From the IMG/VR virus record IMGVR_UViG_3300021387_000573, positions 60,756-124,755 of that record: a stretch of 64,000 bases of DNA. One strand, given 5' to 3'. The notes beneath the pieces are model-generated. The model ran no database searches. It worked only from the letters and a program-made list of their open reading frames with translations, and had not been told where the DNA came from. Made by a program: the position numbers and the translations under genes. Of this stretch, positions 21,884-30,278 are shown piece after piece (the stretch's first letter is position 1; the number at the start of each line of letters is the position of its first letter). This DNA comes from a virus (taxonomy: Duplodnaviria; Caudoviricetes).

Positions 21884-22090
21884 ATGATAGATTCTGTAGC
21901 AAGTTTTCTTGAACGGTACGAATGGGGTTATCCATTCGATCAGAACGATGATACCGTTGACCGCGTTGCCATGAAGCGGGAACTTGATCGGCACATGGTG
22001 ATTGTTGAGAACCAGAGGTTTTATGAGCCAATCTCGGTTAAAACGCCGCCGAAAAAGAAAGAGTCAAAACGGCACTTTCTTGGCTGTTAA
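21884..22090 (+). CDS. Hypothetical protein
   Basis: GAGGTG RBS. Confidence 0.55.
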   Translation: MIDSVASFLERYEWGYPFDQNDDTVDRVAMKRELDRHMVIVENQRFYEPISVKTPPKKKESKRHFLGC

Positions 22091-22118
22091 TCAAATCGAG
22101 GTTTTATCCTCGATATAT

Positions 22119-22194
22119 GCCTCATTAGCTCAGTCGGAAGAGCGGCGGCTTTGTAATCCGCAGGTCTGGAGTTCGAATCTCCAATGGGGCTCCA
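22119..22194 (+). tRNA. tRNA-Thr(TGT)
   Basis: Cloverleaf; anticodon loop TT-TGT-AA; CCA. Confidence 0.9.
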
Positions 22195-22510
22195 CGGCCT
22201 TCATGTGCTGCCATCTATCGGTAGCGATACATGCGAAATGATACATACGTCGAGCGGGCCTTATAGGCGGGGCGTTAATCACAGGGGAAGGACACACGCC
22301 ATGCCCTGTCGCTCAAAATGTCCTTCAAAAAGATGCCATCCTGTCTGTGCAGAGACAGGTGAGGGGCTGCACTCCCCAAAAGGTTCAAGGGCTATCCTTA
22401 AGTGCCTCGGACACCTCGCCCGTTGAGGAGGGAAGTGCTGGTAAGTGCGGGTAAACACCAGACGCCAGAACATAAGGGCATATGGAATGGCAACAATCCC
22501 GATTTTATAT

Positions 22511-22597
22511 GGGTCGGTATACCGTATGTGGAAGCGGTGCGGGCTGTAAACCCGTTGGCTAACGCCTCAGTTGGTTCGACTCCAACGCGGCCCACCA
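22511..22597 (+). tRNA. tRNA-Tyr(GTA)
   Basis: GCGGG-CT-GTA-AA-CCCGT; long variable arm; CCA. Confidence 0.88.
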
Positions 22598-22695
22598 TCA
22601 ATCGACCATAAGTGCTTCTCCCGCGCTTTCGGTTGGTCGTCAGGAGTAAGGTGTGCAATCCTGAGAAAATCGTTTGTGTACACCAGGGAGAACAC

Positions 22696-22771
22696 GCGCC
22701 TGTAGCTCAGTTGGTAGAGCACCGCCCTTTTAAGGCGGGTGTCCGGAGTTCGAACCTCCGCAGGCGCACCA
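22696..22771 (+). tRNA. tRNA-Lys(TTT)
   Basis: Canonical cloverleaf; CCGCC-CT-TTT-AA-GGCGG; CCA. Confidence 0.95.
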
Positions 22772-22776
22772 TATTG

Positions 22777-22853
22777 GGGCCGTTAGCTCAGTCGGTTAGA
22801 GCAGTTGACTCATAATCATCAGGTCCTGGGTTCAAGTCCCAGGCGGCCCACCA
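22777..22853 (+). tRNA. tRNA with CAT anticodon, probably Ile2 (lysidine type)
   Basis: GACT-CAT-AATC; GGGCC acceptor and overall sequence resemble ileX-type tRNAs. Confidence 0.85.
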
Positions 22854-23208
22854 CTCCAATGGGGTTGTGTCCCGGAGGAGAAACAGATTAGTCATTCGAG
22901 AAACCGTCAGTGGAGCCGATCTTACGAGGAGGTCTGCGTAGAAGCTGCGGAGGCGCGATCCCGATCTCTGTAACATTCTCCACCATGGCAGAGACGGTTC
23001 AGCGAAAACAATGCTTTCGCGATAGTGTGGATAACGAGAGCTGCCGGTTCGTTTCAACGGCTTTTGGAATCGGCAAACGCTTGGTTTATGCGGCGGTGCG
23101 CAACGCGATAAACCCGTATTCAGCAGAGCGAGTAGATCCTGCTGGCTGGCTGCGTGAGCCAGGTAGAGCTTGCCGCCGGAGTGAGTGAAAGAAACGCATC
23201 CGGCATCT

Positions 23209-23293
23209 GCCCTCGTGGTGGAACTGGTATACACATACGGCTTAAGTCCGTATGCCGCAAGGATTGAGGGTTCGACTCCCTCCGGGGGCACCA
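23209..23293 (+). tRNA. tRNA-Leu(TAA)
   Basis: TACGG-CT-TAA-GT-CCGTA; long variable arm; CCA. Confidence 0.93.
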
Positions 23294-23481
23294 GAAGGCC
23301 GGTTCGATTCCGGATCAATGATAGAGGGCATGGTTGCGACGGGGTTCTCCGGGCAGGATCGGAGATGATGTGTGCCGAGTCAGATGGCGTCTCTCGGCTA
23401 ACCTTCGGGCTTGACCCGACAGTAGGACAAGATCCATCGTCATGGTAAGGACGATGTAAAACGGCCAGAGATTCCTAATAT

Positions 23482-23557
23482 CCAGGGCGAAGTGTAATGG
23501 TTTTGCACTCCACATTTGGGATGTGGAAGAGCGGTTCGATTCCGACGCCTTGGGCCA
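23482..23557 (+). tRNA. tRNA-Pro(TGG), atypical (weak T-stem)
   Basis: CCACA-TT-TGG-GA-TGTGG; acceptor CCAGGGC/GCCTTGG; CCA. Confidence 0.7.
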
Positions 23558-23560
23558 TAC

Positions 23561-23651
23561 GGCGGCTTGGCAGAGCGGCAATGCACCCGACTTGAAATCG
23601 GAGGTCTGGCCTAGTAAGTCAGCAAAGGTTCGATCCCTTTAGCCGCCGCCA
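23561..23651 (+). tRNA. tRNA-Ser(TGA)
   Basis: CCGA-CT-TGA-AA-TCGG; long variable arm; G73-CCA. Confidence 0.92.
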
Positions 23652-23773
23652 TATCAAATAACATTTTTATCTGGGAGGCGATATAATTACACACGTTGCA
23701 TGTTTTATTTTAGGATCACTATTTGGATTGTCCATTATGTGTCTGTTGAAAACGTCATCACGAGAAAGCAGGC

Positions 23774-24100
23774 ATGAAGAAAAAGCGTTGCGGGAGGCCA
23801 AAGATAGAAATGAATTCTGATGAATCTATGCGTGCTATAGACGCCGTAATAAAAGACCTTATATTACATATTCAGGAGCTCGAAGCCGAAAATGCCTCCC
23901 TTCGCGATAAGGTTTATCGGCAATCACATAAGTTGACTGCATTGGCAAACCGCGCACAGGAGTTGGATGTGAAGAATATTTATTTGTGTCATAAGATAGA
24001 GGTTGCAATTCAATATATCAAGGGTGCCTGTTACGATGATGGGATGCGAAATAGAACGGTTAGGCGATTGTGGAAAGCGCTTGATATTCTTGGAGGTTAA
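23774..24100 (+). CDS. Hypothetical coiled-coil protein
   Basis: ORF; start uncertain. Confidence 0.55.
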   Translation: MKKKRCGRPKIEMNSDESMRAIDAVIKDLILHIQELEAENASLRDKVYRQSHKLTALANRAQELDVKNIYLCHKIEVAIQYIKGACYDDGMRNRTVRRLWKALDILGG

Positions 24101-24756
24101 GAAGAGAATTGGCGATAGCCTTTAGCCATAGACGGCCTGTAAACACATTTCATGAGAAGAATCTTTTTCATAGAATCGTGGTAATGGTATTTTTCTTTTT
24201 CGCCATTTAGATATCTTTTGTATTCTGAAAATCTGTATTCTGCGGCTTGCCTTGATAGACCATAAACGCGTTCAATATCTTCTATCGTATGAATTTTAAA
24301 AAGAGAGAAGGTTGGGAACGGTGACAATAAGGATGCCGCAAAAAAGTCTGCTTCTTCTTCCAATTCGTGTCTATCGAAATAAGAAGATAGACGCTTTTCA
24401 TTGGACGCATCACATATCTCATCGAAGTGCCCGCAAATAACATGTCCAAATTCATGGGCAAACGTCCATCTAATTCTATTGTAACTTGACGTAAACCTGG
24501 ACGACTGATTTGCGAGGATTAAATATCTATCTCTTGATGAATCGTATTGTGTGCATCCGGTGTAACTTTTGCAGGCAGCAATTACATCATGAAGAGATGT
24601 GCTACTGATTTGCGCAAGGTCATAATAAGACATCGCTCGGCAATTCGGATAAAGCGATATGGCCATTTTAGGGTCCAATGGAAATTGGATGCGATCTAAA
24701 TTGCAGAAAATAGTTAAGATAGCATAATCTACTCGATCAAAAATAAAGTCTCGCAA
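24097..24756 (-). CDS. ImmA/IrrE family metallopeptidase
   Basis: RWTFAHEFGH (HExxH); EEEADFFAASLL. Confidence 0.9.
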   Translation of the reverse strand: MRDFIFDRVDYAILTIFCNLDRIQFPLDPKMAISLYPNCRAMSYYDLAQISSTSLHDVIAACKSYTGCTQYDSSRDRYLILANQSSRFTSSYNRIRWTFAHEFGHVICGHFDEICDASNEKRLSSYFDRHELEEEADFFAASLLSPFPTFSLFKIHTIEDIERVYGLSRQAAEYRFSEYKRYLNGEKEKYHYHDSMKKILLMKCVYRPSMAKGYRQFSS

Positions 24757-25101
24757 TTAGGAATCATCTCCAAATGCATATTTAAAACCAGCTTTAATGA
24801 TATTCATTGCCTGCTCCCAGTCTTTCTCAGGCATGTTTTGCTTGGCTCGCTGGAGAGCAATGATACTCTCGTCTCCCAAGACTTCTTTAGCACCAGCCTC
24901 GATATCAGAGCTTCCGAGAAGAAAATCGACAGACACGCCGAGATATTCGGCAACCTTTCTAATCATGCTGGAACGCGGATCAGACACCTTCCATTTATAA
25001 ATTACGTTCGCACCAAATCCGAGTTCTGATTCAAGTTTTGAAACAGTAATCCCATTCTTTTCACAGAGCGTTTTGATTCTTTCGAATGTGATATTAGACA
25101 T
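24757..25101 (-). CDS. XRE family HTH repressor (ImmR/CI-like)
   Basis: RIKTLCEKNGITVSKLESELG...KVAEYLGVSVDFLLG. Confidence 0.9.
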   Translation of the reverse strand: MSNITFERIKTLCEKNGITVSKLESELGFGANVIYKWKVSDPRSSMIRKVAEYLGVSVDFLLGSSDIEAGAKEVLGDESIIALQRAKQNMPEKDWEQAMNIIKAGFKYAFGDDS

Positions 25102-25140
25102 TTAGAATCCCTCCAATAAGAAAATAAGATAGAAAATAGC

Positions 25141-25170
25141 TTGACAACTATCTGATAGTCTGGTATTATT
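25141..25170 (+). promoter_or_regulatory. Rightward promoter divergent from the repressor (genetic switch region)
   Basis: TTGACA followed by TATTAT; palindrome CTATC-t-GATAG in the spacer is a possible operator. Confidence 0.55.
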
Positions 25171-25309
25171 CTCTTGCGGTCAGAAAATTAGATAGAACTC
25201 AATTACAATATAGTGAATAATTTCCACCATGTCAAGATAAATTTATAGTTTTCTGACAATATTCTATCCAATTTTCGTAGTTAATATATAAGTTTTACAT
25301 AGGAGAAGT

Positions 25310-26281
25310 ATGATGACACGAGATGTGATTCTTGGCAGCAAGAAACTTAAGGAGCAGTTTGTAAGAGATAATAACCTTCCGATCACCGTCACAGATGGCG
25401 TCCACTTCCTCCAGCGCCTGAACCTACTCGACCGGATCTTCCATTGCAAAGAGGCATTCAAAACCTTTTGTGTTGATTTGCGGAAGTACGACAGTGAGGA
25501 GCAGTATTTTATAGAGCGAGGATATTCGCTCGATGCCTGTGTTCTCCGTCTCAGTGGAGGGACTCATCTCTCTGCGATCCAAAAGTTTCTCAAGGCAGAC
25601 TTCTCCGAGTTGCTCGGTGAAGCGGAACTGCTTCCTTGTGGGACGCAAGAGAACTTTTACACGTGCAATAGTTGCGGACACACATACGCCAGAATCAGAT
25701 TCAAGCACGGCGCATTTTCGGCCATCAATTATTTTGACAGGAGCATTTTTCAGGCAGACTCACCGGAAGCATTCCTGCGAACATACGATAAACACCTTAC
25801 TACAAGCAAAGAGTTTCACGATGCAATTCTTGCTGCGTTCGGCGAAGCACGAATTTCGCAGCTCGTGACGGTGTATCTATCGCTTGTGGCGCATCATCTC
25901 TCTGGTTTCTTCGGGTGCAAGCCTGAGCCATATATCCAGGATGGACTGCTATATGAATTGCCTGACGATGTACTGTTTTCTGATGCGGATATAACAAACT
26001 ATAAAAAGCAAATTGATTCTGCACTGACGGCTCTCCCTGATGGTATTGGTGAATGCTTCGAGTGCGAAATCTTTCGGCTTGAAGCGTTGGAATCATACGG
26101 ATTCATGGAGGAGTACCACGATGAAACTCCTGTGCCGGTCAGATTCATAGGAGTAGATCCAAACTACTACCATTTGCTTGCTACATATTATTTCAGGCAG
26201 CCATTGCTTTACGATTACCTCGTAATCAACTATGACGGACACCTTGCGAAACTGATTGAGCCGATCAAGAGTCCGTTCTGA
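25310..26281 (+). CDS. Hypothetical protein
   Basis: AGGAG RBS; 323 aa. Confidence 0.75.
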   Translation: MMTRDVILGSKKLKEQFVRDNNLPITVTDGVHFLQRLNLLDRIFHCKEAFKTFCVDLRKYDSEEQYFIERGYSLDACVLRLSGGTHLSAIQKFLKADFSELLGEAELLPCGTQENFYTCNSCGHTYARIRFKHGAFSAINYFDRSIFQADSPEAFLRTYDKHLTTSKEFHDAILAAFGEARISQLVTVYLSLVAHHLSGFFGCKPEPYIQDGLLYELPDDVLFSDADITNYKKQIDSALTALPDGIGECFECEIFRLEALESYGFMEEYHDETPVPVRFIGVDPNYYHLLATYYFRQPLLYDYLVINYDGHLAKLIEPIKSPF

Positions 26282-26431
26282 AGATAAGAGCACCAAGCGT
26301 GCTCTTTCTTCCAGCGATTTAAACGCATTGAAAAGAAAGTAAAATAAAAAGCTAATTTTATTACCAAAAACGGTACTCAAAAGTGCCCATGAATAGGGGA
26401 CTTACCAAATATTTACATAGGAGAGATTTTC

Positions 26432-27109
26432 ATAAAACACGTCGGAGATATCACAAAACTGAGCGGATATGCTCTTGAGCCGGTCGATGTCATCACCGGA
26501 GGCTCTCCATGCCAGAATCTCAGCGTAGCAGCCATGAAACGCGACGGACTTGCCGGAGACCAGTCATGGCTCTTCAAAGAACAGATCCGAGTGACAAAAG
26601 AAATGAGGGATAGCGATAAACAACGCGGCAGAACAGGAAAGGACATTCGCCCAAGATTCATGGTCTGGGAAAACGTATATGGAGCACTCTCAAGCCCCGG
26701 AAAAGAAAACAAAGGCAAGGACTTCCAAAGTGTCCTCACAGAAATCGTCCGCATCGCGCAGCCGAAAGCCCCTCTTGTGCCTATGCCTGAAGACGGAGCA
26801 TGGCCAAGCGCCGGACTCCTCTACGATGAGCTGGGAACCTGGAGCCTTGCTTGGCGAGTACATGATGCGCAGTTTTGGGGAAAGTCCATCGTTGACAACC
26901 GTGGAAATCTGGTCGAAGCGGGCACACCCCAACGTCGTCGTAGACTCGCGCTTGTCGCAGATTTTGGAGGACTCAGTGCCGGAGAAATACTCTTTGAGTC
27001 CGACCGCCTGTCTTGGCATTCTGAAGAGGGCGGAGAAGCGCGGCAAGGAGCTCCCACCGATCCTGAAGGAAGCTTTGATTCAGCAGACGGGGGGGGTATT
27101 AGGTCTTGA
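26432..27109 (+). CDS. C5 cytosine methyltransferase part A (motifs III-VIII), probable ATA start
   Basis: GDIT, GGSPCQ, WENV, PQRRRR; in-frame TGA at 26390 and no ATG before the PC motif. Confidence 0.8.
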   Translation: MKHVGDITKLSGYALEPVDVITGGSPCQNLSVAAMKRDGLAGDQSWLFKEQIRVTKEMRDSDKQRGRTGKDIRPRFMVWENVYGALSSPGKENKGKDFQSVLTEIVRIAQPKAPLVPMPEDGAWPSAGLLYDELGTWSLAWRVHDAQFWGKSIVDNRGNLVEAGTPQRRRRLALVADFGGLSAGEILFESDRLSWHSEEGGEARQGAPTDPEGSFDSADGGGIRS

Positions 27110-27341
27110 TTGTTTCGACCAGTGCCTCACAGGCACCGTGTCGAAAACGCTTACCTCTTCTGCAACCGATTCCGATCATGTCCCCTGTGTCCTGCAGCAG
27201 ATCGTCTTTGAAAACCACTCACAGGATAGCCGCTACCGCTACATGGGCGATGTGAACGAAACGGTGAGCGCCAAGTACGGAACCGGCGGCAATAACCAGC
27301 CTCTGGTCCTTACCATTGTAAAGGAGTGTGGTGCCTATTGA
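26679..27341 (+). CDS. Overlapping-frame MTase beta-subunit-like polypeptide fused to a TRD-like segment
   Basis: RLSQILE..PEKYSLSPTACLGILKRAEKRGKELP resembles the M.EcoHK31I beta polypeptide; C-terminal ENHSQDSRY...YGTGGNNQPLV. Confidence 0.6.
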   Translation: MEHSQAPEKKTKARTSKVSSQKSSASRSRKPLLCLCLKTEHGQAPDSSTMSWEPGALLGEYMMRSFGESPSLTTVEIWSKRAHPNVVVDSRLSQILEDSVPEKYSLSPTACLGILKRAEKRGKELPPILKEALIQQTGGVLGLDCFDQCLTGTVSKTLTSSATDSDHVPCVLQQIVFENHSQDSRYRYMGDVNETVSAKYGTGGNNQPLVLTIVKECGAY

Positions 27342-27874
27342 TTGCATATAGCGTCGGCAATGGGCAGCTCAATCAAATCAGCATGTCCGAGCAGTGCAAT
27401 ACCTTGGATACCATGCACGACAAACAGGCCGTTTTGGTATCACCTGATGGGGATGGTACTGAAATAACAGAGAATGAGAATCGCAAGTATCTGATCCGCC
27501 GTGTTACTCCGCTCGAATGTGAGCGTCTGCAAAAATATCCGGATCACTGGACGGATATTGCGCCATGGACAGACAACAAAGGAAAGAAACACAAGGACGC
27601 CGACAGTCCTCGCTATGTGGCGCTCGGCAATAGTCTTGCGCTCCCGTTCTGGGACTGGCTGACCGGCAGGATCTCAGCTCAATACGAGAAACCACCAACC
27701 CTTGGCAGCTTGTTTGATGGCATCGGCGGCTTTGATCTGGTTTGGGCCAGACATAACGGGAAAGAATCTGTCCGATTTTCTTCTGAGATCAGCGAGTTCT
27801 GTGTAGCCGTTTTGAAGAAACACTTCGGCGACGAAGAAGCCGGCCTCGAAGGCGATATTGACCAATACATATAA
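27338..27874 (+). CDS. C5 cytosine methyltransferase part C (motifs IX, X, I, II; permuted)
   Basis: RRVTPLECERLQ, ALGNS, LGSLFDGIGG, SEI; AAGGAG RBS then TTG. Confidence 0.85.
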   Translation: MIAYSVGNGQLNQISMSEQCNTLDTMHDKQAVLVSPDGDGTEITENENRKYLIRRVTPLECERLQKYPDHWTDIAPWTDNKGKKHKDADSPRYVALGNSLALPFWDWLTGRISAQYEKPPTLGSLFDGIGGFDLVWARHNGKESVRFSSEISEFCVAVLKKHFGDEEAGLEGDIDQYI

Positions 27875-28074
27875 CCAATCCATAGGAGGAAATCATATGA
27901 AGTGCCGTCGCTGCAATCTCCAGATGGGGCATTATCTGGGGTGCGAACCGAACAAAAAACCATATGAGTTCTGGCGCTGTCCGAAGTGCTGGGCAGAATC
28001 CAAGCACTTCATTTTCCACTTTGAGGAAGAAGAACAAAAGAGAAATGAGAATCAGAAAAGGAGTGTGACCGCAA

Positions 28075-29256
28075 ATTCTTGTAAACGGAGAAAGAGCGCT
28101 GGCCTACGTCGTCAGCATCGATGAAATCAAACCTATTGATGGCTATGACCGCGTGGAATACGCCCGCACCAATGGCTGGTGGGTCATCATCGGCAAGGCA
28201 GACGGCCTGAAGGTCGGCGACAAGTGTGTCTACTTTGAGATCGACAGCAAGGTTCCTGCTTCCGACAAGCGCTTCGAGTTCCTTGAGAAGCGCAACTATA
28301 AGATCAAGACCCAGCGCATGTGCAAGGTGATCTCTCAGGGCCTGCTGATGCCTCTGTCCGCTTTCCCGGAGCTGGGCGATGCCGAGATTGGAACCGACGT
28401 TACAAAGAAACTCGGTGTTACATACGCGGTCGCAGACGATAACGACCGCAAGCGCAATTTCGGCGATCCTAATGCCAAATATAAATCCATGGCGGCTCGC
28501 CACCAGAAGCTGTTCCAGACCAAGCCTGTCCGCTGGTTCATGCGCCGCAAGTGGGGCAGAAAGTTCATGTTCCTGCTCTTTGGCAGGAAGAAGGATAATC
28601 CCAAGGGTTTCCCGGATTTCATCAAGAAGACCGACGAGGAACGAGTCGAGAATCAGCCGTGGCGCATTGGGGACGGCAAGACCTATCTTGCCACCGAGAA
28701 GCTGGATGGTACGAGCTGCACTTATGCACTCCGGCGTTTGCCGAAGAAGGCGTTCCGGAAGCAGGAGTATGAGTTCTATGTCTGCTCCCGCAACGTCCGC
28801 CAGAAGGATGAGAATCAGGCGTGTTATCACGACCACAATATCTACTGGGATCTGGCCTTCAAGTACAACATCGAAGATTGTCTGCGCAGTATCCTGTGCG
28901 CGTTTCCTGATTTGGAATGGGCCTGCATCCAGGGTGAAGGCGTCGGCTCTGTGCAGGGCAACCCCCTGAAGCTTTCTGCCGACGACCTGTATGTTTTCAA
29001 CTTCGTCACGTCGAAGGAAGGCCGCTGGGATTCGCGGCGCGGCAAGGAGCTGATGGGAATGTACGGCTTGAAGTGGGTGCCGATCCTCGGAGAAGTCACT
29101 ATGCCGGAATCAATGGAGGAGCTCAAGCTCCTTGCAGACGGTAAGTCTGTCGTCAATCCTGCCGTAGCTCGTGAAGGTATCGTCTATCGCTCTCTCGACG
29201 GACAGGATTCCTTCAAGAACGTGTCCCGTCAGTACCTGCTGAAACACGGAGGTTAA
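28075..29256 (+). CDS. RNA ligase (Rnl2/DRB0094-like), probable ATT start
   Basis: TEKLDG, QGE, VFNF, REGIV and SFKNVS motifs; N-terminal LVNGERALAY. Confidence 0.88.
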   Translation: MLVNGERALAYVVSIDEIKPIDGYDRVEYARTNGWWVIIGKADGLKVGDKCVYFEIDSKVPASDKRFEFLEKRNYKIKTQRMCKVISQGLLMPLSAFPELGDAEIGTDVTKKLGVTYAVADDNDRKRNFGDPNAKYKSMAARHQKLFQTKPVRWFMRRKWGRKFMFLLFGRKKDNPKGFPDFIKKTDEERVENQPWRIGDGKTYLATEKLDGTSCTYALRRLPKKAFRKQEYEFYVCSRNVRQKDENQACYHDHNIYWDLAFKYNIEDCLRSILCAFPDLEWACIQGEGVGSVQGNPLKLSADDLYVFNFVTSKEGRWDSRRGKELMGMYGLKWVPILGEVTMPESMEELKLLADGKSVVNPAVAREGIVYRSLDGQDSFKNVSRQYLLKHGG

Positions 29257-30267
29257 ATGAACAAGCCTATTTTCTGGATGATGGTTGGCTTGCCGGGGAG
29301 CGGCAAGTCCACCATCGCCAAGATCATCCAGCGCAGCGTACCGAACACCGTGATCCATTCCTCGGACGAGCTTCGCGGTGAACTCTTCGGCAACGTCAAC
29401 GACCAAAGCAAGAACGACCAGCTTTTCACAGAGCTGCACCGGCGAATCAAAGCGGATCTCGTTGCCAACAGAAACGTGATCTACGACGCCACCAACCTCA
29501 ACAAGAAACGGCGGGCATCCTTTCTTGCTGAGTTGAAGCACATCGATTGTTTCAAGCAGTGTGTTCTCGTTCTCGCACCTCTGGATATCTGTCATGTCCG
29601 CAATGACAACCGTTTTGAACGCCAAGTTCCGGGCCCCGTCATCAATCGTATGTACATGAACTTCCAGCCGCCGTTTTACTCCGAGGGATTTGACGCGATC
29701 TCGATCGAGTATAGCTACAAGATCGAAGACACCTTCCGCAAGTACGATCTTGAAAAGATGTTCAAGCCAAACTCGTGGTTTATGAATTTTGATCAGGAGA
29801 ACAAGCATCATCGTCTTACGCTGGGCGCTCATTGCGATGCCGCAGCTTCTTATATCTCGGGCATTATTACCGAAAGAGAGAGAAACGGAGCAGACGACGA
29901 AGAACTTAACCGGCTCGCTACTCTTGTTGACGCAGCGTGGATTCATGATGTTGGCAAACTCAACACCAAGACGCGGGTGAACGCCAAAGGCGAAGACGAT
30001 GGTCAGTGTCATTACTACCAGCACCATTGCGCCGGCGCTTATGACTGCTTCTTTTATCTGCGAAACTGTGAGAAATCCTGTGAGTTGGATTCTCCTGAGA
30101 ACGAGGCCAGAAATCTTTACATATCAAACCTGATCTATTGGCACATGATGCCGTACACGGCTTGGAAGCAGTCTGAGAAAGCCAGAGAGCGCGATAAGCG
30201 GCTTATGACCGAGCAGATGTATGAAGACGTGCTCCTGCTCCATGAAGCAGACATCGCAGCACACTAA
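29257..30267 (+). CDS. Polynucleotide kinase (P-loop) fused to HD phosphoesterase
   Basis: GLPGSGKS, SSDELR, DATN; H...HDVGK...HH...H...D. Confidence 0.88.
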   Translation: MNKPIFWMMVGLPGSGKSTIAKIIQRSVPNTVIHSSDELRGELFGNVNDQSKNDQLFTELHRRIKADLVANRNVIYDATNLNKKRRASFLAELKHIDCFKQCVLVLAPLDICHVRNDNRFERQVPGPVINRMYMNFQPPFYSEGFDAISIEYSYKIEDTFRKYDLEKMFKPNSWFMNFDQENKHHRLTLGAHCDAAASYISGIITERERNGADDEELNRLATLVDAAWIHDVGKLNTKTRVNAKGEDDGQCHYYQHHCAGAYDCFFYLRNCEKSCELDSPENEARNLYISNLIYWHMMPYTAWKQSEKARERDKRLMTEQMYEDVLLLHEADIAAH

Positions 30268-30278
30268 GGAGAAATGAT

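Noticed and set aside
22598-22690. Theta/HDV-like or hammerhead ribozyme after tRNA-Tyr
   Set aside because: Hairpins CGACCA/TGGTCG and TCAGGA/TCCTGA exist, but I could not fit the HDV topology or a CUGANGA core
23294-23470. tmRNA call
   Set aside because: Partial resemblance only (ATGGTTGCGACGGGG); no acceptor stem, CCA or tag frame; kept as an unassigned lead
22002-23581. ORF-track proteins in the tRNA region
   Set aside because: They overlap tRNAs and GC-rich structured RNA and lack RBSs
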